64,000 nt of DNA from Macrostomum lignano. Lineage: Eukaryota. Both the position numbers and the translations under genes were made by a program. Shown one piece after another: positions 44,401-56,493 of the stretch. The stretch is from assembly GCA_002269645.1 (NCBI GenBank), contig NIVC01001591.1:1-64000 (forward strand), in the 5' to 3' direction. Numbering within the stretch: the first letter of the stretch is position 1; each line of letters starts with the position of its first letter. The notes beneath the pieces were generated by a model. That model did no database searches. It worked only from the letters and a program-made list of their open reading frames with translations, and had not been told where the DNA came from.

Positions 44401-47400
44401 CAACAAGCCACAGCCAGTCCAAAGATTCTAAAACGAATATTGTACCGCCAACCGCCAGCACACATCAAAACTCGGCAACTCTGCGACAGCGACCCTTCTT
44501 CTTCGCGTCTTCCCTCAAATCCACAGACCACCAAAGCTGATCTATAGCAACTGTCGTAAACAGACACATATCAACTTACAACTAGCAGTATACATGTAGA
44601 CCGCAGCATGCAGTTTAAAACAAACATTTCATAAAGGCCCACACACAGATCGTAAAAGTTAGTATTTTTTTACAACAACAACAATCGGGCACCGGGCCGG
44701 CTTGTAAAGGCTGCAAGCACGAAATTACAAAACACATTCTTTGAGGCGGACTTGGGTTGCAAAAAAGAAATTGAAATTTTCGTGCGCAATACTCGTAATT
44801 AAGTGCACTGTGAGAGTCGCAGGTTAACATTGGCAGTGCCTCTAGGCTCTACTCGCTCAGTAATAATGACTCTTTGGGTGGCTGCATGCATGCGGTGCTC
44901 CGGAGACCAGAAAATGGACGGAACACATAACTGTAGTCGATTGAGCTTTCTCATAAAAATGATTAAATATAAAAAGTCGTAAGATGAAACTGGGAGTAAG
45001 ATTCTCAAAGTCTCAAACCCAGATTCATGGAATCACAGGGAGACTAGATGTTTCCAATTCTCAGAATCTCAGTGAGACCAGATGTTTCCAATTCTCAGAA
45101 TCTCAGTGAGACTAGATGTTTCCAATTCTCAGAATCTCAGTGAGACTAGATGTTTCCAATTCTCAGAATCTCAGTGAGACCAGATGTTTCCAATTCTCAG
45201 AATCTCAGTGAGACTAGATGTTTCCAATTCTCAGAATCTCAGTGAGACTAGATGTTTCCAATTCTCAGAATCTCAGTGAGACCAGATGTTTCCAATTCTC
45301 AGAATCTCAGTGAGACTAGATGTTTCCAATTCTCAGAAGCTCAAATAGACTAGATGTTCCAATTCTCTAAATCTCAATTAGACTAGATGTTTCCAATTCT
45401 CAGAATCTCAAATAGACTAGATGTTCCACTTCTCAGAATCTCAAATAGATTAGATGTTTCCAATCCTCAGAATCTCAAAGAGACTAAATGTTTCCAATTC
45501 TCAGAATCTCAATTACACTAGATAATAGATGTTTCCAATTTTTAGAATCTCAGTAAGACTAGATGCTTCCAATTCATAGAATCTCAAATAGATTAGATGT
45601 TTCCAATCCTCAGAATGTCAAAGAGACTAAATGTTTCCAATTCTCAGAATCTCAATTACACTAGATAATAGATGTTTCCAATTTTTAGAATCTCAGTAAG
45701 ACTAGATGCTTCCAATTCATAGAATCTCAAATAGACTAGATGTTTCCAATTCTCAAAATCTCAATTAGACTAGATGTTTCCAATCCTCAGAATCTCAGTG
45801 AGACCAGATGTTTCCAATTCTCAGAATCTCAAATAGACTAGATGTTTCCAATTCTCAGAATCTCAAATAGACTAGATATTTCCGATTCTCAGAATCTCAA
45901 TGAGACTAGATGTTTCTAATTCTCAGAATCTCAATGAGACTAAATGTTTCCAATTCTCAAAATCTCAATTAGATTAGATAATAGATGTTTTCAATTTTTA
46001 GAATCTCAGTGAGACTAGATGCTTCCAATTCCTAGAATCCCAATGAGACTAGATGTTTTTAGTTCTCAGAATTCCAATTAGATTAGATGTTTCCAATTCT
46101 CAAAATCTCAGTGAGACTAGATGCTGGCTTTTATTAAAGATATTTTTAGATACCTTTTTAAATTAGAAGATTAGCAAGATTAAAATAAATTTAAATAATT
46201 CCCATTCCAAAATAAGCGAAGCTCAATCAAGGTGCAAAATCTTTTCCCAGACAAGGAGAGCATGGACTGCACAATCAGATCAAACTGAAGTGATCAAGTT
46301 CAAAGGGAATATCCGCCACTACGCTATTTAGCGATGAGATCAGATTGAATTGGACCAAATAAAACTGAGAATTGGGTTCACGGCGGTGAACTACACACAC
46401 ACACAGAAGAGCGAGCGGTATCTTTTGATCTCGCCAAGTGGGCGAAGTGAGGAACGAAGTGTTTTTTAAAGGAAATCTTGATTAGGTTTTTTGCATAGGA
46501 TCAAATGACGGCGAGGCAATTTTGGTCACGCAAATTCATTTTCTTTAGTTTTTTTTTCACTTTCACTTAAAAAGGGGGACGGTTGCCTAATGTCGACCTT
46601 GGCGTCTTCTTGTCGGCTTATTTTGTTTAAAATGGATCTGTCCATTTATTTTTTTCTCTGTGCACTGGACATTGGGAACGAGGCGGTTTTGCATGGTCAC
46701 GTGATTTCGCCCTAGTTTATGTCACCGCTGTGTTGTGCAATGCCATTTAGAAAATGGCCTCGTGTATTAGCCAGTGAAGCAGGGAGATCTTTAAATACAA
46801 CATCTGGAGTGCTAGCTATTTAGGCTGGTAGTTTTATTTTATGGAACGTTGAACATTTTGACATATTTTAAATTAAAACAAATATTATTTCATTTATGTA
46901 GAAGTCTTGAGTATTTATCATTCAGAATTATAAAAAAAATAAAAACAATATAATCGTTTTTTGTTATAATGTTTGCATTCTTTTCGTTTTCCAGCATTAT
47001 TAGTCTTTGGTGTCATATTTTAAAAATGAATTAAAACGATTTATACAACTATAACCTAAAGTCTTAAAAATTAATTGTTTATTTATAAGCTTTAAAACAA
47101 AGAATATAACAAAAAACTAAAGTTAATTTGTTGCTAATTGGCTCAAAAAATAAAATTATGACTGCATGCTGTTTTCACTCTAGAGTATTACGCTCGTAGT
47201 AGCAATAGCAATTATATAGCCAGTGCTCCATGTCTTTGGCATGGGAGGAAAAACTCCCGTCGAAATCCATTTGCTTTCCCAGCCTAAAAGGCCAGGCTTG
47301 CTTAGGAAATGCATTTCTGGGGGGGGGGGAGAAAGTGGCTGTGCCAACCAACCACTTCAAACAGCCGCTTGCATGCATGGTTTCTTGAAAACATCCATAA

Positions 47401-50400
47401 GAAAGGCGACTGTGAAATGGCCACCTCGACTAGCAATTTGCGTCAAAGTCCGATCCAAGTGCTTTCCTAAGCTAATAGGCATTTTGTATAGGCAAACACG
47501 TTCACGCAAGGCCTCAATTTGTTAAACACAAAGTTTCTACGAGTAAAACGTTTTTTTGCCTGTGTCGAATGGTTTCCAGTCCCCCCAAAAAAATCGGTAG
47601 ACCTGATTTACTTTCTTTCCTGTTGACTTTAGATTAGATAAATTCTTCATAATCTTCTTTTGAAAGCTTTGACTTTGTAGAATAAATACAGAAATACAAT
47701 TTGGTAAAATTGGTAATCACTGAGGGCTGCAATGGTTTGTGGGAATATTCTGCGTAAACATTGCCTTTTGAATGGTTTTCCTGTAAACTGCTAAATTGTT
47801 AACTTAGCATTTATGGCGAAATTTCTCAATTCTGTTTCTTCACCTTTATCTTCTTAGCTCTCCCTTCTCCCTATCCATCCCCCTCTCTCCCTCTCCCTCT
47901 CTCCCTCTCTCCCTCTCTCCCTCTTTCCTCTCTCCCTCTTTCCCCTCTCCCCTCTCTCCCTCTTTCCCCTCTCCCTCTTTCCCTCTTTCCTCTCTCCCTC
48001 TCTCCCTCTCTCCTCTCTCCCTCTCTCCCTCTCTTCCTCTCTCCTCTCTCTCCCCTCTCTCCCTCTTTCCTCTCTCCCTCTCTCCCTCTCTTCCTCTCTC
48101 CTCTCTCTCCCCTCTTTCCCTCCCCTCTCTCTTGCCCCTCTTTCCCTCTCCCCCCTCTCCCTCTCCCCTCTCTCCCTCTCCTCTCTCCCCCTCTCTCCCT
48201 CTCCCCTCTCTCCCTCTCTCCCTCTCCCTTCTCTCCCTCTCCTATCTCTCTCTCTCTCTCCATTTCCCTCACCTTCGCATCATCTCACTTTCACCTCAAT
48301 ACGCAGCCAGCCTCTCTATCTACCCCTCATCCGCCCACGCCCGCTCCAACCGCCCAGACGAGAAGCTCCTACCTTTGGCGGATCGATCGCAGCCCGCCAG
48401 CCTACCTGCTGGGCACAATTCACGTACCGTACACGGCAGTATGGGACAGCTTGAGTCCCACAGTGCTCAGAGTGCTCGACTCGGTACAGTCGGTGCATCC
48501 CGAGCTCGACCTGACCAGGCCGGAGACACTGGCGGAGTTGACCAGGTGTCAGATGATTGAGGATGACCGAACTCAGCTGGAGGATCTGCTGCCAGATGGC
48601 ATGGTGGATCGGTGAGTCAGTATGGGGATTCTAGATGGGTCAGGGATTCTAGATGAGTCAGGGATGGGGATTCTATGTGGGACAGGGATGAGGATTCTAA
48701 GTGGGTCGGGGATGGGGATTCTAAGTGGGTCAGGGATGGGATTCTAAGTGGGTCAGGGGTGGGGATTCTACACTGTAGATTGGTTAAGGGATTGGGATTC
48801 TAAGTGGGTCAGGAATTGGGATTCTAAGTGGGTCAGGGATTGGGATTCTAAGTGGGTCAGGGATTGGGATTCTAAGTGGGTCAGGGATGGGATTCTACTT
48901 AGATAGGTCAGAATGGTGCTGTATATGGTTCAGTGTGGTAAACAGCACCAACAGCATGCTTAAAAAAATTTTGAACGCACAAGCAGAAGACATATCTTTG
49001 TCCATTGGACCAGAAAAATGACCTGCTGTTAAACTAAAGCCTGCTTGTAAGATTTTGATAGGACAATTAGTTCGTTCTCATGTCGGCTATTAATCTTCTT
49101 TTAATATTCTCGAAGTTTCTGCTTCCCTTAAAGGAATAATTTCCTTTACTTGACCTTTCTTTGACCTCTTTGACTTCGACTGAGTTGTAGAACAGCAGTT
49201 TTTGACTGATAAAGAGATTGATAGGCTTGAACATTTTGATGGATTTCGGTTGTACAAGCAATATTAAGTTCCCTAATATGATATCACGATCGGGAAAAAC
49301 TGCCGTCGAAATGTGGTTTCAAGAAAAATTTAGGAGAAAAATAGTACGTTGTGGGATACCGACAGACCCTTTTTAGGATTGGATATTTGGAGATAGTAAA
49401 CATTGTGTAGACAGAATGTAAAATTCCAAGGGAATGTGACATTCAGGGGGAATGTGAAATTCGGGGGAATGTGAGATTCAGGGGGAATGTGAAATTCAGG
49501 GGAATGTGACATTCAGGGGAATGCGAGATTCAGGATAATGTGACATTCAGGGGAATGTGAAATTCAGGGGAATGTGAGATTCAGGGGAATGTGAAATTCA
49601 GGGGAATGTGAGATTCAGGGGAATGTGAAATTCAGGATAATGTGAAATTCAGGGGAACGTGAGATTCAGGGGAATGTGAAATTCAGGGGAACGTGAGATT
49701 CAGGATAATGTGAAATTCAGGGGAACGTGAGATTCAGGGGAATGTGACATTCAAGGGGAATATGAAATTCGAAAATCACCGCCTGACCAACCCCCCCACC
49801 CGCAGCATTGCCACCTACTTAGCCTCGATGTCTCAGCGCCTATCAGATCCGCGCCAATCGAGCGCGCTCAGCGCCCAGACCAGCGGTTGGCGCCGGCGCC
49901 GCCCAATCTGGTTGGCACTCAATTTGGCCTCGCTGACCCCGGCTGACCTCGCGGCCTTCGGCACCGCACCGATGGATGTACACCTGACCCAGCGGGCAGC
50001 CCGCCGAGGCCAGCAGGTGCTGCCGCTGGAGTCGGCCCAGGACCAGTGCCGGCCGCTGAACTCCGTGCCTCGAGATGAAGCCGCCCTGGCCCTGCGGCTG
50101 ACTCTCCAGCATCTGGAACAAAGACTCGAGGCGAATCAATTCAATGGTGGCAACAAAACCAGCGACCTCGTTAGCGACTATCGCTGCGGCAGACTCGGAC
50201 CTGCTGTAGTCAATGCCAGCTTCTTGCCAGATGAAGCCGTGAGAAGTCTGTCTGGCAGAGAGCTGCTGCTGTACCAGCGACTGGCGAGGCGCCTGCGGAA
50301 GTCGCTGATGAGGCTGAGGGATCTGAGAATGGCGGAGAGGATTCAGAGGCGTCTGGGGATGAAAGAGGGCCAGTCCATGCTGTTCGCTGTGGGAGTTGGT

Positions 50401-52006
50401 GAGCGGTTCGGCATTAGCTGTTAGATTTGGCGGCTAGATTTTTAATGGGGGTTAGATAGAGCCACTTCACCGGTTAGATGTTGCGATTCTGTTCGCGTGT
50501 TAGACAGGGGATAGTGTCACAACTGTTAGACAGGGGATAGTGTCACAACTGTTAGACAGGGGATAGTGTCACACCTGTTAGACAGGGGATAGTGTCACAC
50601 CTGTTAGACAGGGGATAGTGTCACACCTGTTAGACAGGGGATAGTGTCACAACTGTTAGACAGGGGATAGTGTCACACCTGTTAGACAGGGGATAGTGTC
50701 ACACCTGTTAGACAGGGGATAGTGTCACACCTGTTAGACAGGGGATAGTGTCACACCTGTTAGACAGGGGATAGTGTCACACCTGTTAGACAGGGGATAG
50801 TGTCACAACTGTTAGACAGGGGATAGTGTCACACCTGTTAGACAGGAGCTAGTGTCACACCTGTTAGACAGGAGCTAGTGTCACACCTGTTAGACAGGGG
50901 ATAGTGTCACACCTGTTAGACAGGGGATAGTGTCACAACTGTTAGACAGGGGATAGTGTCACACCTGTTAGACAGGGGATAGTGTCACACCTGTTATACA
51001 GGGATAGTGTCACACCTGTTAGACAGGGGATAGTGTCACACCTGTTAGACAGGGGATAGTGTCACACCTGTTAGACAGGGGATAGTGTCACACCTGTTAG
51101 ACAGGGGTTTGGGTTCACCTGTTAGACAGAGGTTGGGGTTCACCTATTAGCCAGGGGTTTGGGTTCACGTGTTAGACAGGGGTTTAACACGTGAGACAGG
51201 TCCATAAGCAGCACGATCTCGCACCCGCAGGCCACCTGCTCCCCAGTGAGCACAGTGTTGTGGCCCATCTGAGATCTGCAAATTTCAGCCTGCAGCTGCT
51301 GCCCTGGAATGACACGGAGCAGCGGTTAGACGGGATCTCCGGAACGTTCGGTCCGTCAAACAATCGACGTCCCATAGAATTCCCCAGCTACCCGAACTCC
51401 AGGTGGAGGTGAGCTGCTGATTCTGCGTTGATAGATACCTGTTATTATCACTAATGGGCTGTTGGGGCAGCCTAATAGACACCGTTAGAGATACTGTCAG
51501 ACATACTGTAAGCCTGTCAGACGTACTGTAAGCCTGTCAGACATACTGTAGGCCTGTCAGACATACTGTAAGCCTGTCAGACATACTGTAAGCCTGTCAG
51601 ACATACTGTAGGCCTGTCAGACAGGCTGGTGTAAAACGCTCAAGCCCCGCCAACGGCTCCCTAAGGTACCCAGATCGTCAGCGAGAATCCGCCGAGAGTC
51701 AAGCAGAAAGAGACATCTGGGAGGAAGCCAAGAAGTTCGCCCGTCAGAGATGGGAACAATTAAAAGCCGAACGAGTCGAGTAAGCATATTTTTATTGTCT
51801 ATATTTTGAGCAGTAGTTAAAAAACGAATCTACAAAATGTAATCTTTCTTTTTTGCAGTCAGGAAGAAAGCTCTGAGCCTTCATCGACATCATTTAAGCA
51901 GTCCAAATCTGGATCTCAGAATCTCATCAATACTGCTAAATTATGTCTAGCAGATCGACTTCTGACAGTTATTTCAGTAACTACAGTTCTGAAAACATTG
52001 CTTTGA
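41428..52006 (+). CDS. TRABD2: Tiki/TRABD2 family Wnt-cleaving metalloprotease homolog, about 503 aa
   Basis: Phase-consistent exons 41428-41547, 48307-48611, 49806-50398, 51231-51408, 51612-51779, 51859-52006 (1512 nt). Signal peptide; SYLWRIDRSPPAYLLGTIHVPY, PELDLT, RRPIW, EQC-like QDQCRPLN, YRCGRL, FAVGVGH; hydrophobic C-terminus. Confidence 0.92.
41680..42700. repeat. 35-bp/24-bp minisatellite with GGCGCCAGAATAGAACTCA core (Tiki intron 1)
   Basis: Blocks of 35-bp and 24-bp units. Confidence 0.95.
43850..44200. repeat. 23-bp minisatellite (GATGACGTCCCGAATGCACCATG)n
   Basis: Tandem copies, degenerate on the left. Confidence 0.85.
45040..46105. repeat. 34-bp minisatellite (AGACTAGATGTTTCCAATTCTCAGAATCTCAGTG)n
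   Basis: About 30 copies. Confidence 0.93.
47865..48262. repeat. CT-rich microsatellite tract upstream of Tiki exon 2
   Basis: About 400 nt almost entirely C/T. Confidence 0.92.
48620..48900. repeat. About 24-bp minisatellite (GGGATTCTAAGTGGGTCAGGGATT)n
   Basis: Starts directly after the exon 2 donor. Confidence 0.88.
49430..49765. repeat. 17-18-bp minisatellite (CAGGGGAATGTGAAATT)n
   Basis: Tandem copies ending about 40 nt before the exon 3 acceptor. Confidence 0.9.
50500..51185. repeat. 26-bp minisatellite (CTGTTAGACAGGGGATAGTGTCACAC)n, array 1
   Basis: About 24 copies in Tiki intron 3. Confidence 0.95.
51494..51620. repeat. 20-bp minisatellite (CTGTCAGACATACTGTAAGC)n overlapping a Tiki splice acceptor
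   Basis: About 6 copies; the last contains the TAG|G acceptor at 51611. Confidence 0.85.
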
Positions 52007-52434
52007 TTTTTGGGGGCATTGATAACAATTTTAATTTCAATTCAAAAGAGCATTGACACCTAAATTGTACACACATGTGTTTATTTTCATTCCGGGTTTT
52101 CTCACGCTAACATCTACCTCTGGTTTGCAACCATTGTCACAATTACATTCTTCATTATCCTGTGTTTATATGCTATTCGAAAATAAGTTGCGCTTATTCG
52201 TTCCTGACATTCAAGTTTGTGATTTTTTTTTAGCTGAGCTGCTTGATGAATAAAACAAATATGACAAAAATCAATACTTATTTTAGTATTGTGTACAATG
52301 TACTTTAAACATTTTATTTATATTTATGCTTTTTCGTACGACTTGAGCTTACTGTAAGTAGAGTTAATTGTAAATTGTTATAAAAAAATACTCGTCTTTT
52401 GATATTGTAAATTGTTGGCCCTTAAAAGATTCAC

Positions 52435-53405
52435 CTGTGTGTCACCTGTAGACACCTGGAATAGTGTCACACCTGTTAGACAGGGGATAGTGTCACACCT
52501 GTTAGACAGGGGATAGTGTCACACCTGTTAGACAGGGGATAGTGTCACACCTGTTAGACAGGGGATAGTGTCACACCTGTTAGACAGGGGATAGTGTCAC
52601 ACCTGTTAGACAGGGGATAGTGTCACACCTGTTAGACAGGGGATAGTGTCACACCTGTTAGACAGGGGATAGTGTCACACCTGTTAGACAGGGGATAGTG
52701 TCACAACTGTTAGACAGGGGATAGTGTCACACCTGTTAGACAGGGGATAGTGTCACACCTGTTAGACAGGGAATAGTGTCACACCTGTTAGACAGGGGAT
52801 AGTGTCACACCTGTTAGACAGGGGATAGTGTCACACCTGTTAGACAGGGGATAGTGTCACACCTGTTAGACAGGGGCTAGTGTCACACCTGTTAGACAGG
52901 GGATAGTGTCACACCTGTTAGACAGGGGATAGTGTCACACCTGTTAGACAGGGGATAGTGTCACACCTGTTAGACAGGGGATAGTGTCACACCTGTTAGA
53001 CAGGGGATAGTGTCACACCTGTTAGACAGGGGATAGTGTCACACCTGTTAGACAGGGGATAGTGTCACACATGTTAGACAGGGGATAGTGTCACACCTGT
53101 TAGACAGGGGATAGTGTCACACCTGTTAGACAGGGAATAGTGTCACACCTGTTAGACAGGGGATAGTGTCACACCTGTTAGACAGGGGATAGTGTCACAC
53201 CTGTTAGACAGGGGATAGTGTCACACCTGTTAGACAGGGGATAGTGTCACACCTGTTAGACAGGGGATAGTGTCACACCTGTTAGACAGGGGATAGTATC
53301 ACACCTGTTAGACAGGGGATAGTGTCACACCTGTTAGACAGGAGATAGTGTCACACCTGTTAGACAGGGGATAGTGTCACCTGTTAGACAGGGGTTGGGT
53401 TCACC
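52435..53405. repeat. 26-bp minisatellite array 2
   Basis: About 36 copies of the same unit as 50500-51185. Confidence 0.95.
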
Positions 53406-53469
53406 TGTTATTCGATCTCTAAGTGCACAAACGAGTTTCAGGTGGTATCGCAATATCCTTTAGCCGTCC

Positions 53470-55387
53470 TTATGTCGCATCCGTCACCTTGGCAGTGAGC
53501 TCCCGGCCTCCTCCAGCATTGCTTTCGGGCCGCTTGCAGACGGAGCAGCAACCTGTCAGCAGCAGGATTCGAACTCGCGTACGCAATCGGCTGGACATTG
53601 TTAGGCAGATATAGAAATTGATGCCGTGGTTTGTGTAGGCCAGTAGCAGTAAGAAGCTGTACAGCCTCTGAGATTCGTTCGACCAGTGGATGACGCTCAG
53701 CGATTGAAGGACCATCAGCAGTCTGAGGGAACGATTAGATGAAAAACAGGGTGTTATATATTGTATATAAGGTACCACAGTGAAAGCTAAAATTGCTTTC
53801 ACGTGTTAATAATTACCATAGGAAGCCTAATTTACAGTCAAGCGATGAGTGCCAAGAATAGTGTCAGTAGGGACGCCAAAGTGAGTGTCAGTAGGGACGC
53901 CAAGTTGAGTGTCAGTAGGGGCGCCAAGTTAGTGTCAGTAGGGACGCTAAGTTGAGTGTCAGTAGGGGCGCCAAGTTAGTGTCAGTAGGGGCGCCAAAGT
54001 GAGTGTCAGTAAGGGCGCCAAAGTGAGTGCCAGTAGGGGCGCCAAAATGAGTGTCAGTAGGGGCGCCAAAATGAGTGTCAGTAGGGGCGCCAAAGTGAGT
54101 GCCAGTAGGGACGCCAAGTTGAGTGTCAGTAGGGACGCCAAGTTGAGTGTCAGTAGGGGCGCCAAAGTGAGTGTCAGTAAGGGCGCCAAAGTGAGTGCCA
54201 GTAGGGGCGCCAAAATGAGTGTCAGTAGGGGCGCCAAAATGAGTGTCAGTAGGGGCGCCAAAGTGAGTGCCAGTAGGGGCGCCAAAGTGAGTGTCAGTAG
54301 GGGCGCCAAAGTGAGTGCCAGTAGGGGCGCCAAAGTGAGTGTCAGTAGGGGCGCCAAAGTGAGTGCCAGTAGGGGCGCCAAAATGAGTGTCAGTAGGGGC
54401 GCCAAAGTGAGAGTCAGTAGGGGCGCCAAGTGAGTGTCAGTGAGGGCGCTTAAGTGAGTGCCAGAGACACTGCAACAAGCAACAAATTGTGCATCTTATA
54501 CCTGGCAGGTAGCATGGTAACTAAAAAGAACGCCGACAAGACTAGCAGCATTCGAAAAGTTCGAATTTCCTTTCGAGCAGTTGAGGCCGCAGACGTTTTC
54601 GTTAACGAAGCCATTGAGGCGAGTTTTGCCAATGCGATCAAGTTGCTTAGCAACAAGATGATTGCAGGTAGAAGCAATCTTAAAATCAGATCGGCAATGG
54701 AGAAAGTAGACAGCAGATCTACTAGAGCTATACAGCATTGGCTACCAGGCGATTCAAGTCGCATGGCAACCAGCACAACGACATTCTTAGCGCAGGAAGC
54801 AACTAGCATGGTTGTCATAGCAGTGAGCGGCGCCAAGATACAAGCCAGCCTCTCGCAGCTCACGGTGCAGAGAAGCCACACGGCCAATTCTGTTGCTAGG
54901 TGCGAGCCAAAAAAGTCTGACCTGGACAGAGCAGCTGACCCAGCAACGATTCGGCTGGCAGAGCCTCGCGGATGTCCCAGTTGGCCAGCGCGAGGCCGGC
55001 GTGACGTCCTGCGGCAACCAGCAGGCTGGCGAGGTCGGCAACAGCGAGATAGCGTAGCAGAACTCGCGTTGATTCGGCAACGACAACGGGTGCTGCAGCT
55101 TGGCGATGCTTTGCAGCAGCAGAGAAAGCCAGTACAGCAATAACGTTGCCGATAGCTCCGAAGATTAGCAGTCCAACGGCCGACAGGCCGAGAATTAATC
55201 GGCCGGTGTCAATCTCGACTTGATGGCCGAGTTCAAAGTCGTCCGAGGAGGTGAAGTTACTTGCGTTGCTCGCTTTGGAACTTGCTATGGAAGAGGCAGA
55301 AATTACGGACGGGCAGGTTAAGCTGATTCTGGAAGACTCCCAGTTGTCGAATTGAGTATGTTCCAACATTATGCTTGTTGAATCCAT
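53470..55387 (-). CDS. Rhodopsin-class GPCR of the invertebrate peptide-receptor type, about 379 aa
   Basis: Exons 55387-54502 and 53722-53470 (phase 2; branch CTAAT, acceptor CCCTCAG). TM1 GAIGNV, TM2 LAVAD, TM3 CERL, TM6 FFLVTMLP, TM7 TNHGINFYI. Needs +1 base in A6 at 54909-54914. Confidence 0.85.
53865..54445. repeat. 24-bp minisatellite (GGGCGCCAAAGTGAGTGTCAGTAG)n in the GPCR intron
   Basis: About 24 copies. Confidence 0.95.
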
Positions 55388-56493
55388 GCATTTAGTGTGG
55401 TGAGCTTTTTTGTGTCCACAGGTTTAGTCTTTAATTTATATTCCTATGGATGCCGAATCCTTGCGATATGCATTGATAACTTTGTTTGTTTAAGTGTTTC
55501 AAACTCTGAAGTACGAGAGTACGTGCGAGAGTACGCGTTTGCACGGTAGAAATGACGTATTCCAACGAATCAATCGAGAAACTGATTAATTTTGCTCAAA
55601 CGTCAGCACGATATTTATAGTCACAATATATACTCATGGCCGGGATTAAATTTTATGGTTGATAAGACTCATAGTACTCGAGTACATGATATTTGTACAG
55701 GTTTGAGCACACGCTATCATTTTATTACTTGTCAAGCTTTAACTGCAAATATATGATTTATTATCTATACGGACTGGCATATAGACTTGATAACAATTTT
55801 CTAATTCCGTGCTAAGCATATGTACTATAGCGTTCCAGACATGTACTGTACATTTGTATTTTCCTGTCATGAAATACATACATGTACATGTTTTTTAGCG
55901 CTCCTGACGCATGTACATGTGCATAGTAAGATGTAGTCTGGCACCCCTCAAGCATTTACAACAAGTTAATTATTTTGTTAATTATTGTTAAAGTGAATAA
56001 ATAAAGCAATATATTTATAAACAACAATAATTCTTTGAACCTCTCACAGCAAAGCAACACAAACAAGAAGGCATATATAGGACATTCCGGATATCACAAA
56101 AACTTTCAACACTAAACAGGTGTCTTTTTATGATTTTGAACTAGTAACTATAAACTACAGTATACGTGACAATCAAAAGTTTAATATTGCATTGTCATTG
56201 AAATTGAAGCTAATGTTGTACAAGTAACGAAGTGTACAAGCAAAATTGTACATAATTCTGGTTGCTAGAATGGTTCTGGGTAATAATATCACTAATATTT
56301 GAAAGAGAGCATTTAAATTTATGCATTAAAAAAGACGTCTAACAAAATACAAACCCCTGCAGACTACTACTCATAAAGAGTCAGTAGCATATACAGGTTA
56401 GATTTTTGTTTAATTTTGTGCAATCAAAAAACTTTCAATTGTCTCAAACAGTAAAACAAAATAAAAGGCCGATTTTTTAAGTTAACGAGCCAC

